Source of the DNA: Clostridia bacterium
Lineage (GTDB): Bacteria > Bacillota > Clostridia > RGIG6154
Reading direction: 5' to 3'
Assembly: GCA_045589295.1 (NCBI GenBank)
Contig: JAZNOU010000001.1
Coordinates: 21,374 to 85,373, forward strand
Length of the DNA stretch: 64,000 nucleotides
Below are positions 40,217-49,846 of this stretch, in pieces. A program made the position numbers and the translations under genes. Numbering within the stretch: the first letter of the stretch is position 1; the number at the start of each line of letters is the position of its first letter. Below the pieces are notes generated by a model that did not search any database, was not told the DNA's origin, and saw nothing but the letters and a program-made list of their open reading frames with translations.

Positions 40217-41245
40217 ATGAATAAAATTATTATAGCAATGAGCGGTGGTGTAGATAGTTCTGCTGCAGCTTACCTGACTAAAAAAAGTTTTGAAAATGTA
40301 ACAGGTATCACATTAAGGCTTACTGACAATCAGGATGCCGATATTTTAGATGCTAAAAAAACAGCCGAGCTTGCGGGTATTGAACATATTGTTTTAGATT
40401 TAAAAGAAGAATTCAAAAAATATGTAATTGATGAATTTGTACAGGCTTACGAAATGGGACTTACTCCAAATCCTTGTATTTTTTGTAACAAAAGCATTAA
40501 ATTTGGGCTTTTGCACGAAAGTGCACAAGAACTTGGTTATAACCAAGTTGCAACAGGTCACTATGCAATTATTGAACAGCAAAACGATAGATTTTTGCTA
40601 AAAAAGGCAATTGACACATTTAAAGACCAAAGCTATGTACTGTACTCCCTTTCCCAAGAGCAACTTTCAAAAACTCTGTTTCCTTTAGGAGCTCTTACAA
40701 AAGCCGAAATAAGAGAAATAGCTTATAATTCAGGATTTGTAAATGCCTCAAAAAAGGATAGCCAGGATATTTGTTTTGTGCCTGACGGCGACTATGCAAA
40801 ATTTATTGAAGACTATACCAAAAAAAGCTTTAAAAAGGGAAATTTTGTAGACATAGATGGTAACATATTAGGTCAGCACCAAGGAATAATAAACTATACA
40901 ATCGGACAAAGAAAAGGTCTTGGACTTTCATTTGACAGTCCAAGATATGTATGCTCAAAATGTGCAAAAACGAACACGGTTGTACTTGGTAAAGAAGATG
41001 CACTTTTTTCAAAATCTTTGGATTGTACCAATCTTAATCTTATAGCTTATGATAAACTAAACTCGCCAATCAAAGTAAAAGCAAAAACAAGATACAAACA
41101 AGCAGAAATACCAGCAACACTCACTCAGACAAGCGAAACTGAGGCACACGTCGAGTTCGACGAAGCACTTCGTGCAATAACTCCGGGACAATCTGTAGTA
41201 TTTTATGACGGCGACTATGTAATAGGCGGAGGAATAATAAAATAA
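40217..41245 (+). CDS. mnmA: tRNA-specific 2-thiouridylase
   Basis: AMSGGVDSS, PNPCIFCN, ATGHYA, KDQSY, DSQDICF, TPGQ. Confidence 0.97.
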   Translation: MNKIIIAMSGGVDSSAAAYLTKKSFENVTGITLRLTDNQDADILDAKKTAELAGIEHIVLDLKEEFKKYVIDEFVQAYEMGLTPNPCIFCNKSIKFGLLHESAQELGYNQVATGHYAIIEQQNDRFLLKKAIDTFKDQSYVLYSLSQEQLSKTLFPLGALTKAEIREIAYNSGFVNASKKDSQDICFVPDGDYAKFIEDYTKKSFKKGNFVDIDGNILGQHQGIINYTIGQRKGLGLSFDSPRYVCSKCAKTNTVVLGKEDALFSKSLDCTNLNLIAYDKLNSPIKVKAKTRYKQAEIPATLTQTSETEAHVEFDEALRAITPGQSVVFYDGDYVIGGGIIK

Positions 41246-41247
41246 TT

Positions 41248-41280
41248 AAAGCGGTTATTTCCCGGGAAATAACCGCTTTT
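41248..41280. terminator. Bidirectional hairpin between mnmA and nagA whose core is an NBS-like palindrome
   Basis: AAAGCGGTTATTTCCC|GGGAAATAACCGCTTT, containing TATTTCCCGGGAAATA at 41256-41271. Confidence 0.7.
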
Positions 41281-41283
41281 AAA

Positions 41284-42420
41284 TTACGCTTTATGAACTA
41301 ACCTACCATTTACAAATACGTATTTTATATTTAAGTCTTTATCTAAAATAACAATATCAGCTGCTTTACCTTCTTTAAGACTTCCAACTTCATCATCCAT
41401 CTTAACAGATTTTGCAGGATTTATTGTTGCCATTTTAACTGCATCTTCAAGACAAACTCCAACCGAAACCATATTTCTGATTCCGTCAATAAGACAACTT
41501 GTTCCACCTGCGATAGTGCCATCTAAAAGATAAGTTTTTCTGTCTTTTACAACAATCGGATTATTTGTATTTTCTCTGAACTTTCCATCAGGCAGTCCTG
41601 TGCCAATTTCAGAGTCTGTAATCATAATTATTTTATCCGCACCCTTTAAGTCATAAACCATTTTGCAAACCTGTGGGTGAACATGGAAAAAGTCGCAGAT
41701 AAGTTCGCAATCAACATTTTTGTTCATAAGTGCTGCGCCTGAAACACCTGGTTCACGATGATTGAGTGGACTCATTGCATTAAATGTATGCGTTGCTCTT
41801 GTAACTCCCCACTCTACACCTTTTTGTGCTTGTTCAAAAGTTGCATCTGTGTGTCCCATTGTTACAACAGTACCAAAATCAACAATATGCTTTATTGTTT
41901 CTTCAGCATTTGGAAGTTCAGGTGCTAAAGTGATAAGTTTGATATCTTTTCCGCCTGCTTCTTCAAATGTTTTAAACTCCTCAATGCTTGTATCTCTTAT
42001 GTTTATAGGTAAATGTGCACCCTTTTTTGCTGTGCTGAAAAACGGACCCTCTAAATGCAGCCCAAGATATTTAGCACCAGGAGCATTATTTTTGTTTTCT
42101 TTGTAAAAACGGATTGCCTTAACCATTCTATCATTAGGTGCCGCAGAAAGTGTTGCAAACAGTGAAGTTGTTCCGTTTTTTGCCTGAAACTCTGAAATCT
42201 TCGCATAAGCATCTTCCTCTTCAGGCCAGTAATCAACCCCTACTGCACCATGCATATGCGAATCAATAAACCCTGGCACTACGTACATTCCACTTGCGTC
42301 AATAACTTCGCCCCGTTCGTCCAATTTACCGATTTTTTCTATTTTATCACCATTTATAACCAAATCAGAATTTTCAAACTTAAATTCATCATTTAACAAT
42401 TTCCCGTTTTTTATAATCAT
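41284..42420 (-). CDS. nagA: N-acetylglucosamine-6-phosphate deacetylase
   Basis: PGFIDSHMHG, LHLEGPF, TLAPE, GHTDA, THTFNAM. Confidence 0.95.
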   Translation of the reverse strand: MIIKNGKLLNDEFKFENSDLVINGDKIEKIGKLDERGEVIDASGMYVVPGFIDSHMHGAVGVDYWPEEEDAYAKISEFQAKNGTTSLFATLSAAPNDRMVKAIRFYKENKNNAPGAKYLGLHLEGPFFSTAKKGAHLPINIRDTSIEEFKTFEEAGGKDIKLITLAPELPNAEETIKHIVDFGTVVTMGHTDATFEQAQKGVEWGVTRATHTFNAMSPLNHREPGVSGAALMNKNVDCELICDFFHVHPQVCKMVYDLKGADKIIMITDSEIGTGLPDGKFRENTNNPIVVKDRKTYLLDGTIAGGTSCLIDGIRNMVSVGVCLEDAVKMATINPAKSVKMDDEVGSLKEGKAADIVILDKDLNIKYVFVNGRLVHKA

Positions 42421-42444
42421 AACCTTGCCTCCTTATGCGTTAAC

Positions 42445-42473
42445 AGTATAACATAACAACTAAGAAAATGCAA
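42445..42473 (-). promoter_or_regulatory. Sigma-A promoter of nagA
   Basis: TTGCAT-17 bp-TATACT with extended -10 TG. Confidence 0.6.
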
Positions 42474-42598
42474 CATATATTCCCTTTTTTGTTTAATATA
42501 CAAAAACACTTGTAGCATACTAAAAGGCTCAAAAATACTCACATTACATAGCCTGACAACTAAAACTACCGCAAGGAATTCTTGCGGTGTTTTTAGTA

Positions 42599-43588
42599 TT
42601 ATACCTCATAACTTTGAGTGTTTGCACGATTATTAAATTCATCTATAACGTCAATTCTGAAATATCTGTCAGATTTTTTTATTTCAAACTCAGCTTCGTT
42701 TAATAACTTTCCGGCTTCTGCAACTTTGCACTTTGCACGCCTGCCAAATGTTGAGTATGAAATTGCTTTGGCATCTGAGCACTTTATTTTCACCTTATCA
42801 TTTTTAATATAAAGTTCATAAATCAATGGACCATTAGAAACATAAAAATCGCCTTTTAAAAGAGCATCAATTATTGTTTTATAATCAAGTCTTTTTGCAT
42901 TTATCATTACAAATGTTCCAAAAGAATCCTGGCGATGGTTGTGATTATCATCCCCTGAAGTTGCAAATATTTTTTTACCATCACGAAGAAAATCATCAAA
43001 CACATTTGGGTTGTATTCATATATACCACTTACATTTGATGCAGTATTATAAATTTCTACTCCCCATAGTCCATTGTACCCTGAATAGTCGCTGTAATTT
43101 TCCAGTGACCATCTTGGGTGATTGTAACACACAAAAAATCCATTATCATTTGCATTTTTTATAATATTATTTATTCCGTCTGCACCATAAATTCTCTCGT
43201 AATCTACATCAGGTTTTTTCAAATTTTTTCTTGCCTCAGGTTTTGAAAAATGGTCCGCAACAGAATTATAAAAGAAATTATATGTGTTATTCTGCTCTTT
43301 TGCATATAAATTAAGATGGCAAACCTTCATATCAAGATTTTTCAAGGTAGACTCAGTTGGAAACTGTTTAATTGCAATTTCACAAGATGTTATTGTAAGA
43401 AATTCTTTATCATCTAAGCTTGAATTATCATTTAAATGCTCATGGTCAGTGATTGCAAGCACACTATAGCCATTTTTCTTATACATTTCTTTTAGCTCTT
43501 TGGGGGTAAATTTACCATCTGAAAGTGTACTGTGACAATGCAGATTTGCCTTATAAAAGTTTTTAGAACTATCTAACAACTTAATCAT
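42599..43588 (-). CDS. PHP-domain metallohydrolase (CehA/McbA-like)
   Basis: NLHCHSTLSDG, AITDHE, NHPRWS, GDDNH. Confidence 0.85.
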   Translation of the reverse strand: MIKLLDSSKNFYKANLHCHSTLSDGKFTPKELKEMYKKNGYSVLAITDHEHLNDNSSLDDKEFLTITSCEIAIKQFPTESTLKNLDMKVCHLNLYAKEQNNTYNFFYNSVADHFSKPEARKNLKKPDVDYERIYGADGINNIIKNANDNGFFVCYNHPRWSLENYSDYSGYNGLWGVEIYNTASNVSGIYEYNPNVFDDFLRDGKKIFATSGDDNHNHRQDSFGTFVMINAKRLDYKTIIDALLKGDFYVSNGPLIYELYIKNDKVKIKCSDAKAISYSTFGRRAKCKVAEAGKLLNEAEFEIKKSDRYFRIDVIDEFNNRANTQSYEV

Positions 43589-44883
43589 CTGTTTTTTGCC
43601 TCTTCAAGTTTAATTTCACGTCTGTTCTTAACATGATCAGGCATTGGCTTAATATCGCCCGCAGCAGTGAGCGCCATTCTTGTAAAGAGTGGTCCGAAAA
43701 TTTCGTAAATTAATACTGCAAATAATGTGATATTCCTTATTAAGCTTCCATCTGCCCCAAGTTGCATCGCGGTAGCACACATTCCAAGGGCAACACCCGC
43801 CTGTGGGAAAAGTGTAATTCCAAGATATTTACAGATTTCAGGTGTGCAGCTTGTAGCTTTTGCGCTCATAAATGTTCCAAAATACTTACCAAGGCATCTG
43901 AAAACTATATAAACTACACCGATTACTACAATCGCCCAATCTAAAAATACTCCAAGTTCAAGTTCTGCACCGCTTATTACAAAGAACAACGCAAAAAGTG
44001 GTGATGTCCATTTATCAGAGCTTTCCATAAGGTCATGCGAAAGTGAACAAATATTACAAAAAACTGTACCTAGCATCATACAAACCAGAAGCGATGAAAA
44101 GCTTATATGCACGGGTCCGATATGGAAATCAAGCATAGAAATTGAAACTGTTAAGAATACAAATGCTATGGTAAGATTAAGTCTGTTTGTATTTGAATTA
44201 AACAGTTTTTCAAGTTGCGTGAGTATCCACCCCATAATTGAACCAAGCAAAAGTGAACATGCAATTTCAACCAAAGGATTAACTAAAATTGAAACCATAT
44301 CCACACTTCCTAAAACAAGGGTTTTAGCAATACCAAACGAAACTGCAAACACAATTAAGCCCACAGCATCATCTAGCGCAACTATTGGAAGCAAAAGACT
44401 TGTTAGCGGTCCTTTTGCTTTATACTGTCTTACTACCATTAAAGTTGCAGCAGGTGCTGTTGCAGTTGCGATAGCACCAAGTGTTATAACCTGAGGAAGT
44501 GTTAATTTATCAGGCATAATTTTATGTACTGCAAAAAGAGCAAGATCAACTAAAGCTGTTGCCGCAAATGCCTGAAAAACACCAATAACAAGTGCTTGCT
44601 TGCCAGTTTTTTTAAGGTCTTCAACACGAAACTCATTTCCAATTGAAAAAGCAATGAAACCAAGTGCAACCTCAGAAATAAGTGAAAGCTTTGCAACTGA
44701 TTCGTGGGTTGAAAAGCCAAGACCATCAATACCTAATGCACCCACACAATAAGGTCCTATTAAAACCCCCGCAATCAAGTATGCTGTAACCGCCGGCAAC
44801 CTCAAAGGTTTAAATGCTCTTGTCATTAAAAGCCCTGCTAAAAGAGCAATTGAAACTGACAATAATGTACTCATTTGCAACAT
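43585..44883 (-). CDS. Cation:proton antiporter
   Basis: About 12 TM helices; ATATAPAAT, VALDDA, PQAGVALG. Confidence 0.88.
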   Translation of the reverse strand: MLQMSTLLSVSIALLAGLLMTRAFKPLRLPAVTAYLIAGVLIGPYCVGALGIDGLGFSTHESVAKLSLISEVALGFIAFSIGNEFRVEDLKKTGKQALVIGVFQAFAATALVDLALFAVHKIMPDKLTLPQVITLGAIATATAPAATLMVVRQYKAKGPLTSLLLPIVALDDAVGLIVFAVSFGIAKTLVLGSVDMVSILVNPLVEIACSLLLGSIMGWILTQLEKLFNSNTNRLNLTIAFVFLTVSISMLDFHIGPVHISFSSLLVCMMLGTVFCNICSLSHDLMESSDKWTSPLFALFFVISGAELELGVFLDWAIVVIGVVYIVFRCLGKYFGTFMSAKATSCTPEICKYLGITLFPQAGVALGMCATAMQLGADGSLIRNITLFAVLIYEIFGPLFTRMALTAAGDIKPMPDHVKNRREIKLEEAKNR

Positions 44884-44962
44884 CTCCTAACAAATATTTC
44901 ACAAAGAAATCACCGCAAATAACTGCGGCGATTTCTCCGTTGTTCATTATAAATACTATTTT

Positions 44963-46204
44963 TTACACATCATAATCAAGCTTAAACTTTTCACCACAAC
45001 CGTAGTTTTCATAAACGTAGTCAATATCTTTATCCCCTCTACCTGAAAGGCAAGCAAGTATTGAACCTGACTTATTTTGTTTAGCATAACGAATAGCATA
45101 AGCAACAGCATGAGCACTCTCAATTGCCGGGATAATTCCTTCATATCTTGACAATAAGAAAAATGCCTCCATAGCTTCTTCATCTGTAACTGTGTCATAC
45201 TTGATACGTCCTAAATCTTTTAAATAAGCATGTTCAGGACCAACGCCTGGATAATCAAGTCCACTCGCTATTGAATAAACAGGAAGTGGTTCACCGTTTT
45301 CATCTTGCAAAACATAACTTTCAAATCCGTGAATAATACCTTTTGTTCCAAATTTCATTGTTGCTGCGTGATCACCTACGGCTTCTCCTCTTCCTAAGGG
45401 CTCAATTCCATATATTTCAACAGGGTCTGCTAAAAACGGGGTGAACATACCAAGCGAATTTGAACCTCCGCCTACACAAGCACAAACCGCATCAGGCATA
45501 ATACCTGTCATTTCCAAGAACTGGTCTCTTGCCTCATAACCAATAACAGACTGAAAATCTCTTACCATTTTAGGGAATGGATGAGGACCAGCAGCAGTAC
45601 CTATACAGTAAATAGCCGATTCATATTCGTTAAGATAAGCTTCAAAAGCCGCATCGCAAGCTTCTTTCAAAGTTTTTAGGCCTTTAGAAACAGGGATAAC
45701 ATTTGCACCAAGCATTTTCATTCTAATTACGTTAGGGTGTTGTTTTTCAATATCAACCTCACCCATATAAACATCGCATTTCATACCAAAATATGCAGCT
45801 GCAGTTGCAATGGCAACACCATGCTGACCTGCACCTGTTTCGGCAATAATTTTCTTCTTGCCCATATATTTTGCTAAAAGTCCTTCACCCATGCAATGAT
45901 TTAATTTGTGGGCTCCCGTATGGTTTAAATCTTCTCTTTTTAAATAAATCTGACAGTTGCCGAAAATTTTTGAAAGTCTTTCACAATGGTAAACAGGAGT
46001 TGGTCTTCCCTGAAATTCTTTTCTTATTCTGCGAAGCTCGTTAATAAACTGTGCGGAGTGGCAAATAGCCTCATAAGCATCATCTGCCTCTTTGAAAGCC
46101 TGTTGAAGTTCTTTTGCAATAAAAGAACCGCCATATTCACCAAAATATCCATCTTTTGACGGAAACTCTTTAAGGTAATTATCAAAATCTCTGTATTTAT
46201 TCAT
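44963..46204 (-). CDS. trpB: Tryptophan synthase beta chain (stand-alone)
   Basis: [46 protein letters not shown]. Confidence 0.96.
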   Translation of the reverse strand: MNKYRDFDNYLKEFPSKDGYFGEYGGSFIAKELQQAFKEADDAYEAICHSAQFINELRRIRKEFQGRPTPVYHCERLSKIFGNCQIYLKREDLNHTGAHKLNHCMGEGLLAKYMGKKKIIAETGAGQHGVAIATAAAYFGMKCDVYMGEVDIEKQHPNVIRMKMLGANVIPVSKGLKTLKEACDAAFEAYLNEYESAIYCIGTAAGPHPFPKMVRDFQSVIGYEARDQFLEMTGIMPDAVCACVGGGSNSLGMFTPFLADPVEIYGIEPLGRGEAVGDHAATMKFGTKGIIHGFESYVLQDENGEPLPVYSIASGLDYPGVGPEHAYLKDLGRIKYDTVTDEEAMEAFFLLSRYEGIIPAIESAHAVAYAIRYAKQNKSGSILACLSGRGDKDIDYVYENYGCGEKFKLDYDV

Positions 46205-46278
46205 AATAAAAATCTCCTTTTTAAAAAATATATTAAAATCAACCTATGCAGTTTTTGACTGCTAAAAACAATCCGGGC

Positions 46279-46335
46279 TTACGCCCAAGTGTTGCCTCCA
46301 GATTGATTAACAATATACTTTTTCAAAAAAGTCAT
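46279..46335 (-). CDS. Putative trpB leader peptide (18 aa)
   Basis: MTFLKKYIVNQSGGNTWA with RBS AAGGAG, between the promoter and trpB. Confidence 0.65.
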   Translation of the reverse strand: MTFLKKYIVNQSGGNTWA

Positions 46336-46368
46336 TTTTTCCACTCCTTAACAAAATCATTGAATATA

Positions 46369-46397
46369 ATTCTACCACAAATAAATTGATTTGTCTA
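46369..46397 (-). promoter_or_regulatory. Sigma-A promoter of leader-trpB
   Basis: TAGACA-17 bp-TAGAAT with extended -10 TG. Confidence 0.65.
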
Positions 46398-46442
46398 CTG
46401 TTTTTTACTTCTTAAACTTAACAAGCAAACTAACATAACTTA

Positions 46443-46874
46443 CTATTTCATTTGGCATAAACTGAGTTCAAAATGTTCACCGCTACTAAATTTCGTACTG
46501 TCTACGCCTGTTGTCATATATTCGCCGTTTTTTGAAAATGACCAATAGCTCTTATCTTTACTATAGTCAGCTGTAATTCCATTTACTTGTTCTATGTATA
46601 TCCCGTAAGCCCCTTGTTCACCCGAAATGATGGCAAATTCTGAAAGTGCCTCTCCTACTGTCTGTTTATCGGTTTTAATTTTAAATGTAACTGATTTGTC
46701 TTGAGCCTTAACCTCTAAAACAAGCAATTTTGTGCCATCACCAAATTCTGCATCTTTTGTATAGGTAGCACCTTTCCACAAATCTAGCTCAGTTTTTTCA
46801 GCTGTACAAGACACAAAACTAGTACACAATGCAATTAACACAAACATACTAATAAATCTTATTATTTTTTGCAT
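46443..46874 (-). CDS. DUF4430-like lipoprotein
   Basis: Lipobox FVSC; YGIYIEQVNG...YWSFSKNGEYMTTGVD. Confidence 0.75.
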   Translation of the reverse strand: MQKIIRFISMFVLIALCTSFVSCTAEKTELDLWKGATYTKDAEFGDGTKLLVLEVKAQDKSVTFKIKTDKQTVGEALSEFAIISGEQGAYGIYIEQVNGITADYSKDKSYWSFSKNGEYMTTGVDSTKFSSGEHFELSLCQMK

Positions 46875-46949
46875 TTCAAATACCTCAAAATTATACTTTT
46901 TCGCATTCTTTAAAATAGAAAACCCGCCTTGTTAAGGTGGGTTTTAAAA

Positions 46950-47795
46950 TTATACTCCGCTATATGCTGAAAAGCCTCCGTCAACAGGAATAACTACGCC
47001 ATTTACAAAACCTGAAGCTTTTTTTGAAACAAGATACAAAAGTGTTCCTATGAGTTCTTCTGTTTCACCAAACCTACCCATTGGTGTTGCATTTAAAATT
47101 TTGCCTGTTCTAGGGGTTGGTGTTCCGTCTTCGTTAAATAAAAGCTTTTGATTCTGCTGTGTTACAAAAAATCCTGGCGCTATTGCATTGCATCTTATAT
47201 TTGTTTTTGAAAAATGAACTGCAAGCCACTGAGTAAAGTTTGATATAGCCGCTTTTGCACCACTGTACGCAGGAATTTTTGTAAGAGGTGTAAACGCATT
47301 CATACTTGAAATATTAATAATGCTTGCATCTTCTTTTTCTACCATGTCCATTGCAAAAACCTGAGTAGGAAGAAGTGTTCCTAAAAAGTTTAAGTTAAAT
47401 ACAAACTCAACGCCATCTTTATCAAGATCGAAAAATGTTTTCATATTTCCAACATCTTCAGATTTGAAATACTCATTATCGCAAGTAGCTTTAGGATTAT
47501 TTCCACCTGCACCATTGATTAAAATATCACAAGTTCCAAAATCCTTTACAATCTCAGCATGTGCTGCTTCAATACTTGATTTTTCCAAAACGTTACAAAG
47601 GTAACCTTTTGCAATTCCTCCGTCTGCCACAATCTCATCAGCGTATTTCTGTGCTGCATCTTTATTAAGGTCTAACAATGCAACTTTTGCACCTGTCTGA
47701 GAAAGAGCCTTTGCAAACATTGAACACAAAATTCCGCCTGCACCTGTTACAACAACAACTTTTCCTGTTAAATCAATTTCAAAAGGCAAGCTCAT
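46950..47795 (-). CDS. uxuB: SDR oxidoreductase, D-mannonate oxidoreductase type
   Basis: TGAGGILC, NGAGGNNP, PLTKIPAYSGAKAA; translationally coupled to uxuA. Confidence 0.85.
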   Translation of the reverse strand: MSLPFEIDLTGKVVVVTGAGGILCSMFAKALSQTGAKVALLDLNKDAAQKYADEIVADGGIAKGYLCNVLEKSSIEAAHAEIVKDFGTCDILINGAGGNNPKATCDNEYFKSEDVGNMKTFFDLDKDGVEFVFNLNFLGTLLPTQVFAMDMVEKEDASIINISSMNAFTPLTKIPAYSGAKAAISNFTQWLAVHFSKTNIRCNAIAPGFFVTQQNQKLLFNEDGTPTPRTGKILNATPMGRFGETEELIGTLLYLVSKKASGFVNGVVIPVDGGFSAYSGV

Positions 47796-48835
47796 TATTT
47801 ATCCTCCTTTTCAAGAGTTTCCCATATACCAGCCATATACATAGCACCCAAAGCTCTGTCATAAAGGCCGTATCCTGGTTTTCCTGTTTCGCCCCAAATC
47901 ATTCTTCCATGGTCAGGACGCAAGTAACCCTTAAACCCTGTCTCATAGTATGCCTTTAAGATTTCAACTACATCTAAAGAGCCGCACTTTGACAAATGAC
48001 CGCTTTCTTCAAATGAGCCATCATCTAAAATTTTAATATTTCTAACGTGTGCAAAATGAATTCTACCCATTTTACCATATTTTCTTACCATTGCTGTATA
48101 ATCGTTAAACTTAGCACAACCAAGTGAACCGCTGCAAAGTGTAAGGCCGTGATGAGTATCATCATAAAGTGACAAAAATCTGTCAATATTTTCTTCATTT
48201 GTGATAATTCTTGGTATTCCAAAAATTTCCCACGGCGGATCATCCGGGTGAATTGCCATATTAACATCACATTCTGCTGCAACAGGAATAATTTCTTTTA
48301 TAAAGTATTCAAGATTTTCCCAAAGACCTTCTTTGCCAATTTTCTGGTACTCTTTAATAAGTCCGTCCATTTCATCAGGTGTGTATGAAGCATCCCAACC
48401 AGGAAGTGTCATTTTGGTAGGATCCATCTTATCAACATCTTCTTTGTAATATACCAAAGCATTAGAACCATCTGGCAATGGCTGATCAAGTCTTGAACGT
48501 GTCCAGTCAAACACTGGCATAAAATTGTAGCAGATACATTTTACACCAACACTTGCGAGCCTTCTGATATTCTCTTTGTAATTATCTATGTAAAGCTGAT
48601 AATTACCTCTCTTAAGCTTAATATCTTCATGAACAGGAACACTTTCAATTACTTCCATTTCAAGACCATTCTTGTTAACTTCAGTCTTTAATTTTTCAAT
48701 TTCTTCCATAGGCCACACTTCACCTACAGGTACAGAATAAACAGCAGTAACAACCCCTGTCATACAAGGAATTTGTCTGATGTTTGAGAGTGTTACGGGA
48801 TCATCTTGTCCGTACCATCTGAATGTCATTTTCAT
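47795..48835 (-). CDS. uxuA: Mannonate dehydratase
   Basis: MKMTFRWYG, CYNFMPVFDWTR, HPDDPP, RPDHGR, GYGLYDRALG. Confidence 0.97.
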   Translation of the reverse strand: MKMTFRWYGQDDPVTLSNIRQIPCMTGVVTAVYSVPVGEVWPMEEIEKLKTEVNKNGLEMEVIESVPVHEDIKLKRGNYQLYIDNYKENIRRLASVGVKCICYNFMPVFDWTRSRLDQPLPDGSNALVYYKEDVDKMDPTKMTLPGWDASYTPDEMDGLIKEYQKIGKEGLWENLEYFIKEIIPVAAECDVNMAIHPDDPPWEIFGIPRIITNEENIDRFLSLYDDTHHGLTLCSGSLGCAKFNDYTAMVRKYGKMGRIHFAHVRNIKILDDGSFEESGHLSKCGSLDVVEILKAYYETGFKGYLRPDHGRMIWGETGKPGYGLYDRALGAMYMAGIWETLEKEDK

Positions 48836-49034
48836 CTTTATCACCTCATAATATAATTTGTTCTGAATTTTATATTTCTTAAACTTCACAAGCCATATTT
48901 TGACTCTTTTATAATTATAACACTTCATTACTATATTGTCAATTTATTATACTGCTTATTTAAGTTGAATTTATTTCAATTTTGTGGTATACTAGTTAAA
49001 ATACTATTATACAAACTTAAAGGAGGTATATAAA

Positions 49035-49808
49035 GTGGAAGAAATCTTATCAAAAAAAGGTTTTATATGTGATATGGACGGTGTTATATACCATGGTGAC
49101 AGAATTTTAGACGGAGTTACTGAATTTGTTACCTGGATGCTTGAAAACGACAAAAAATTTGTATTTTTAACAAACAGTCCCGAAAAAACTCCCCACGAGC
49201 TTAGCATGAAACTGGAAAGAATGGGGCTTAATGTACCACCTAGTAATTTTTATACAAGTGCAATGGCAACCTCTGCTTTTCTAAGCAGTCAAACACCAAA
49301 CTGCACCGCTTACGTTATTGGCGAAGCTGCCCTAACAAAAGCACTCTATGACCAACACATATATATGAATGACGTTAATCCGGATTATGTTATAGTTGGC
49401 GAAACAAGAACATATAACTTTGAAAAAATCGAAAAAGCAATTGAGCTTGTTAATAAAGGTGCTAAATTAATTGGCACAAATCCTGACATAACAGGTCCTA
49501 CCGCAACAGGAATTATGCCTGCGACAGGTTCACTTATTGCTCCAATTGAAATTTCCACGGGCAAAAAAGCCTATTTTGTAGGAAAACCTAACCCACTTAT
49601 GCTTCGTCATGGTCTTAAAAAACTAAACTGCCACAGTAACGAAATTGCCTTTATTGGTGACAGAATGGACACAGATATCATTGCAGGCATTGAATCAAAT
49701 GTTGACACAATACTTGTACTTTCAGGAGTAACATCTAGAAATGATATTGATAAATTTCCGTACAGACCAAAATTTGTTCTTGAAAATGTAGGAGAAATCC
49801 TAAAATAA
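49035..49808 (+). CDS. HAD-IIA family phosphatase (NagD-like)
   Basis: DMDGVIY, LTN, TNPD, GKP, GDRMDTDI. Confidence 0.92.
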   Translation: MEEILSKKGFICDMDGVIYHGDRILDGVTEFVTWMLENDKKFVFLTNSPEKTPHELSMKLERMGLNVPPSNFYTSAMATSAFLSSQTPNCTAYVIGEAALTKALYDQHIYMNDVNPDYVIVGETRTYNFEKIEKAIELVNKGAKLIGTNPDITGPTATGIMPATGSLIAPIEISTGKKAYFVGKPNPLMLRHGLKKLNCHSNEIAFIGDRMDTDIIAGIESNVDTILVLSGVTSRNDIDKFPYRPKFVLENVGEILK

Positions 49809-49834
49809 AAAAGTGAGCAAAGCTCACTTTTTTT
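49807..49834. terminator. Bidirectional terminator
   Basis: AAAAAAGTGAGC/GCTCACTTTTTT. Confidence 0.8.
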
Positions 49835-49846
49835 GTTTGTTGATTT

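Noticed and set aside
46205-46370. T-box or TRAP site upstream of trpB
   Set aside because: No GGTGGNACC T-box motif, the leader is too short, and there is no run of spaced (G/T)AG triplets
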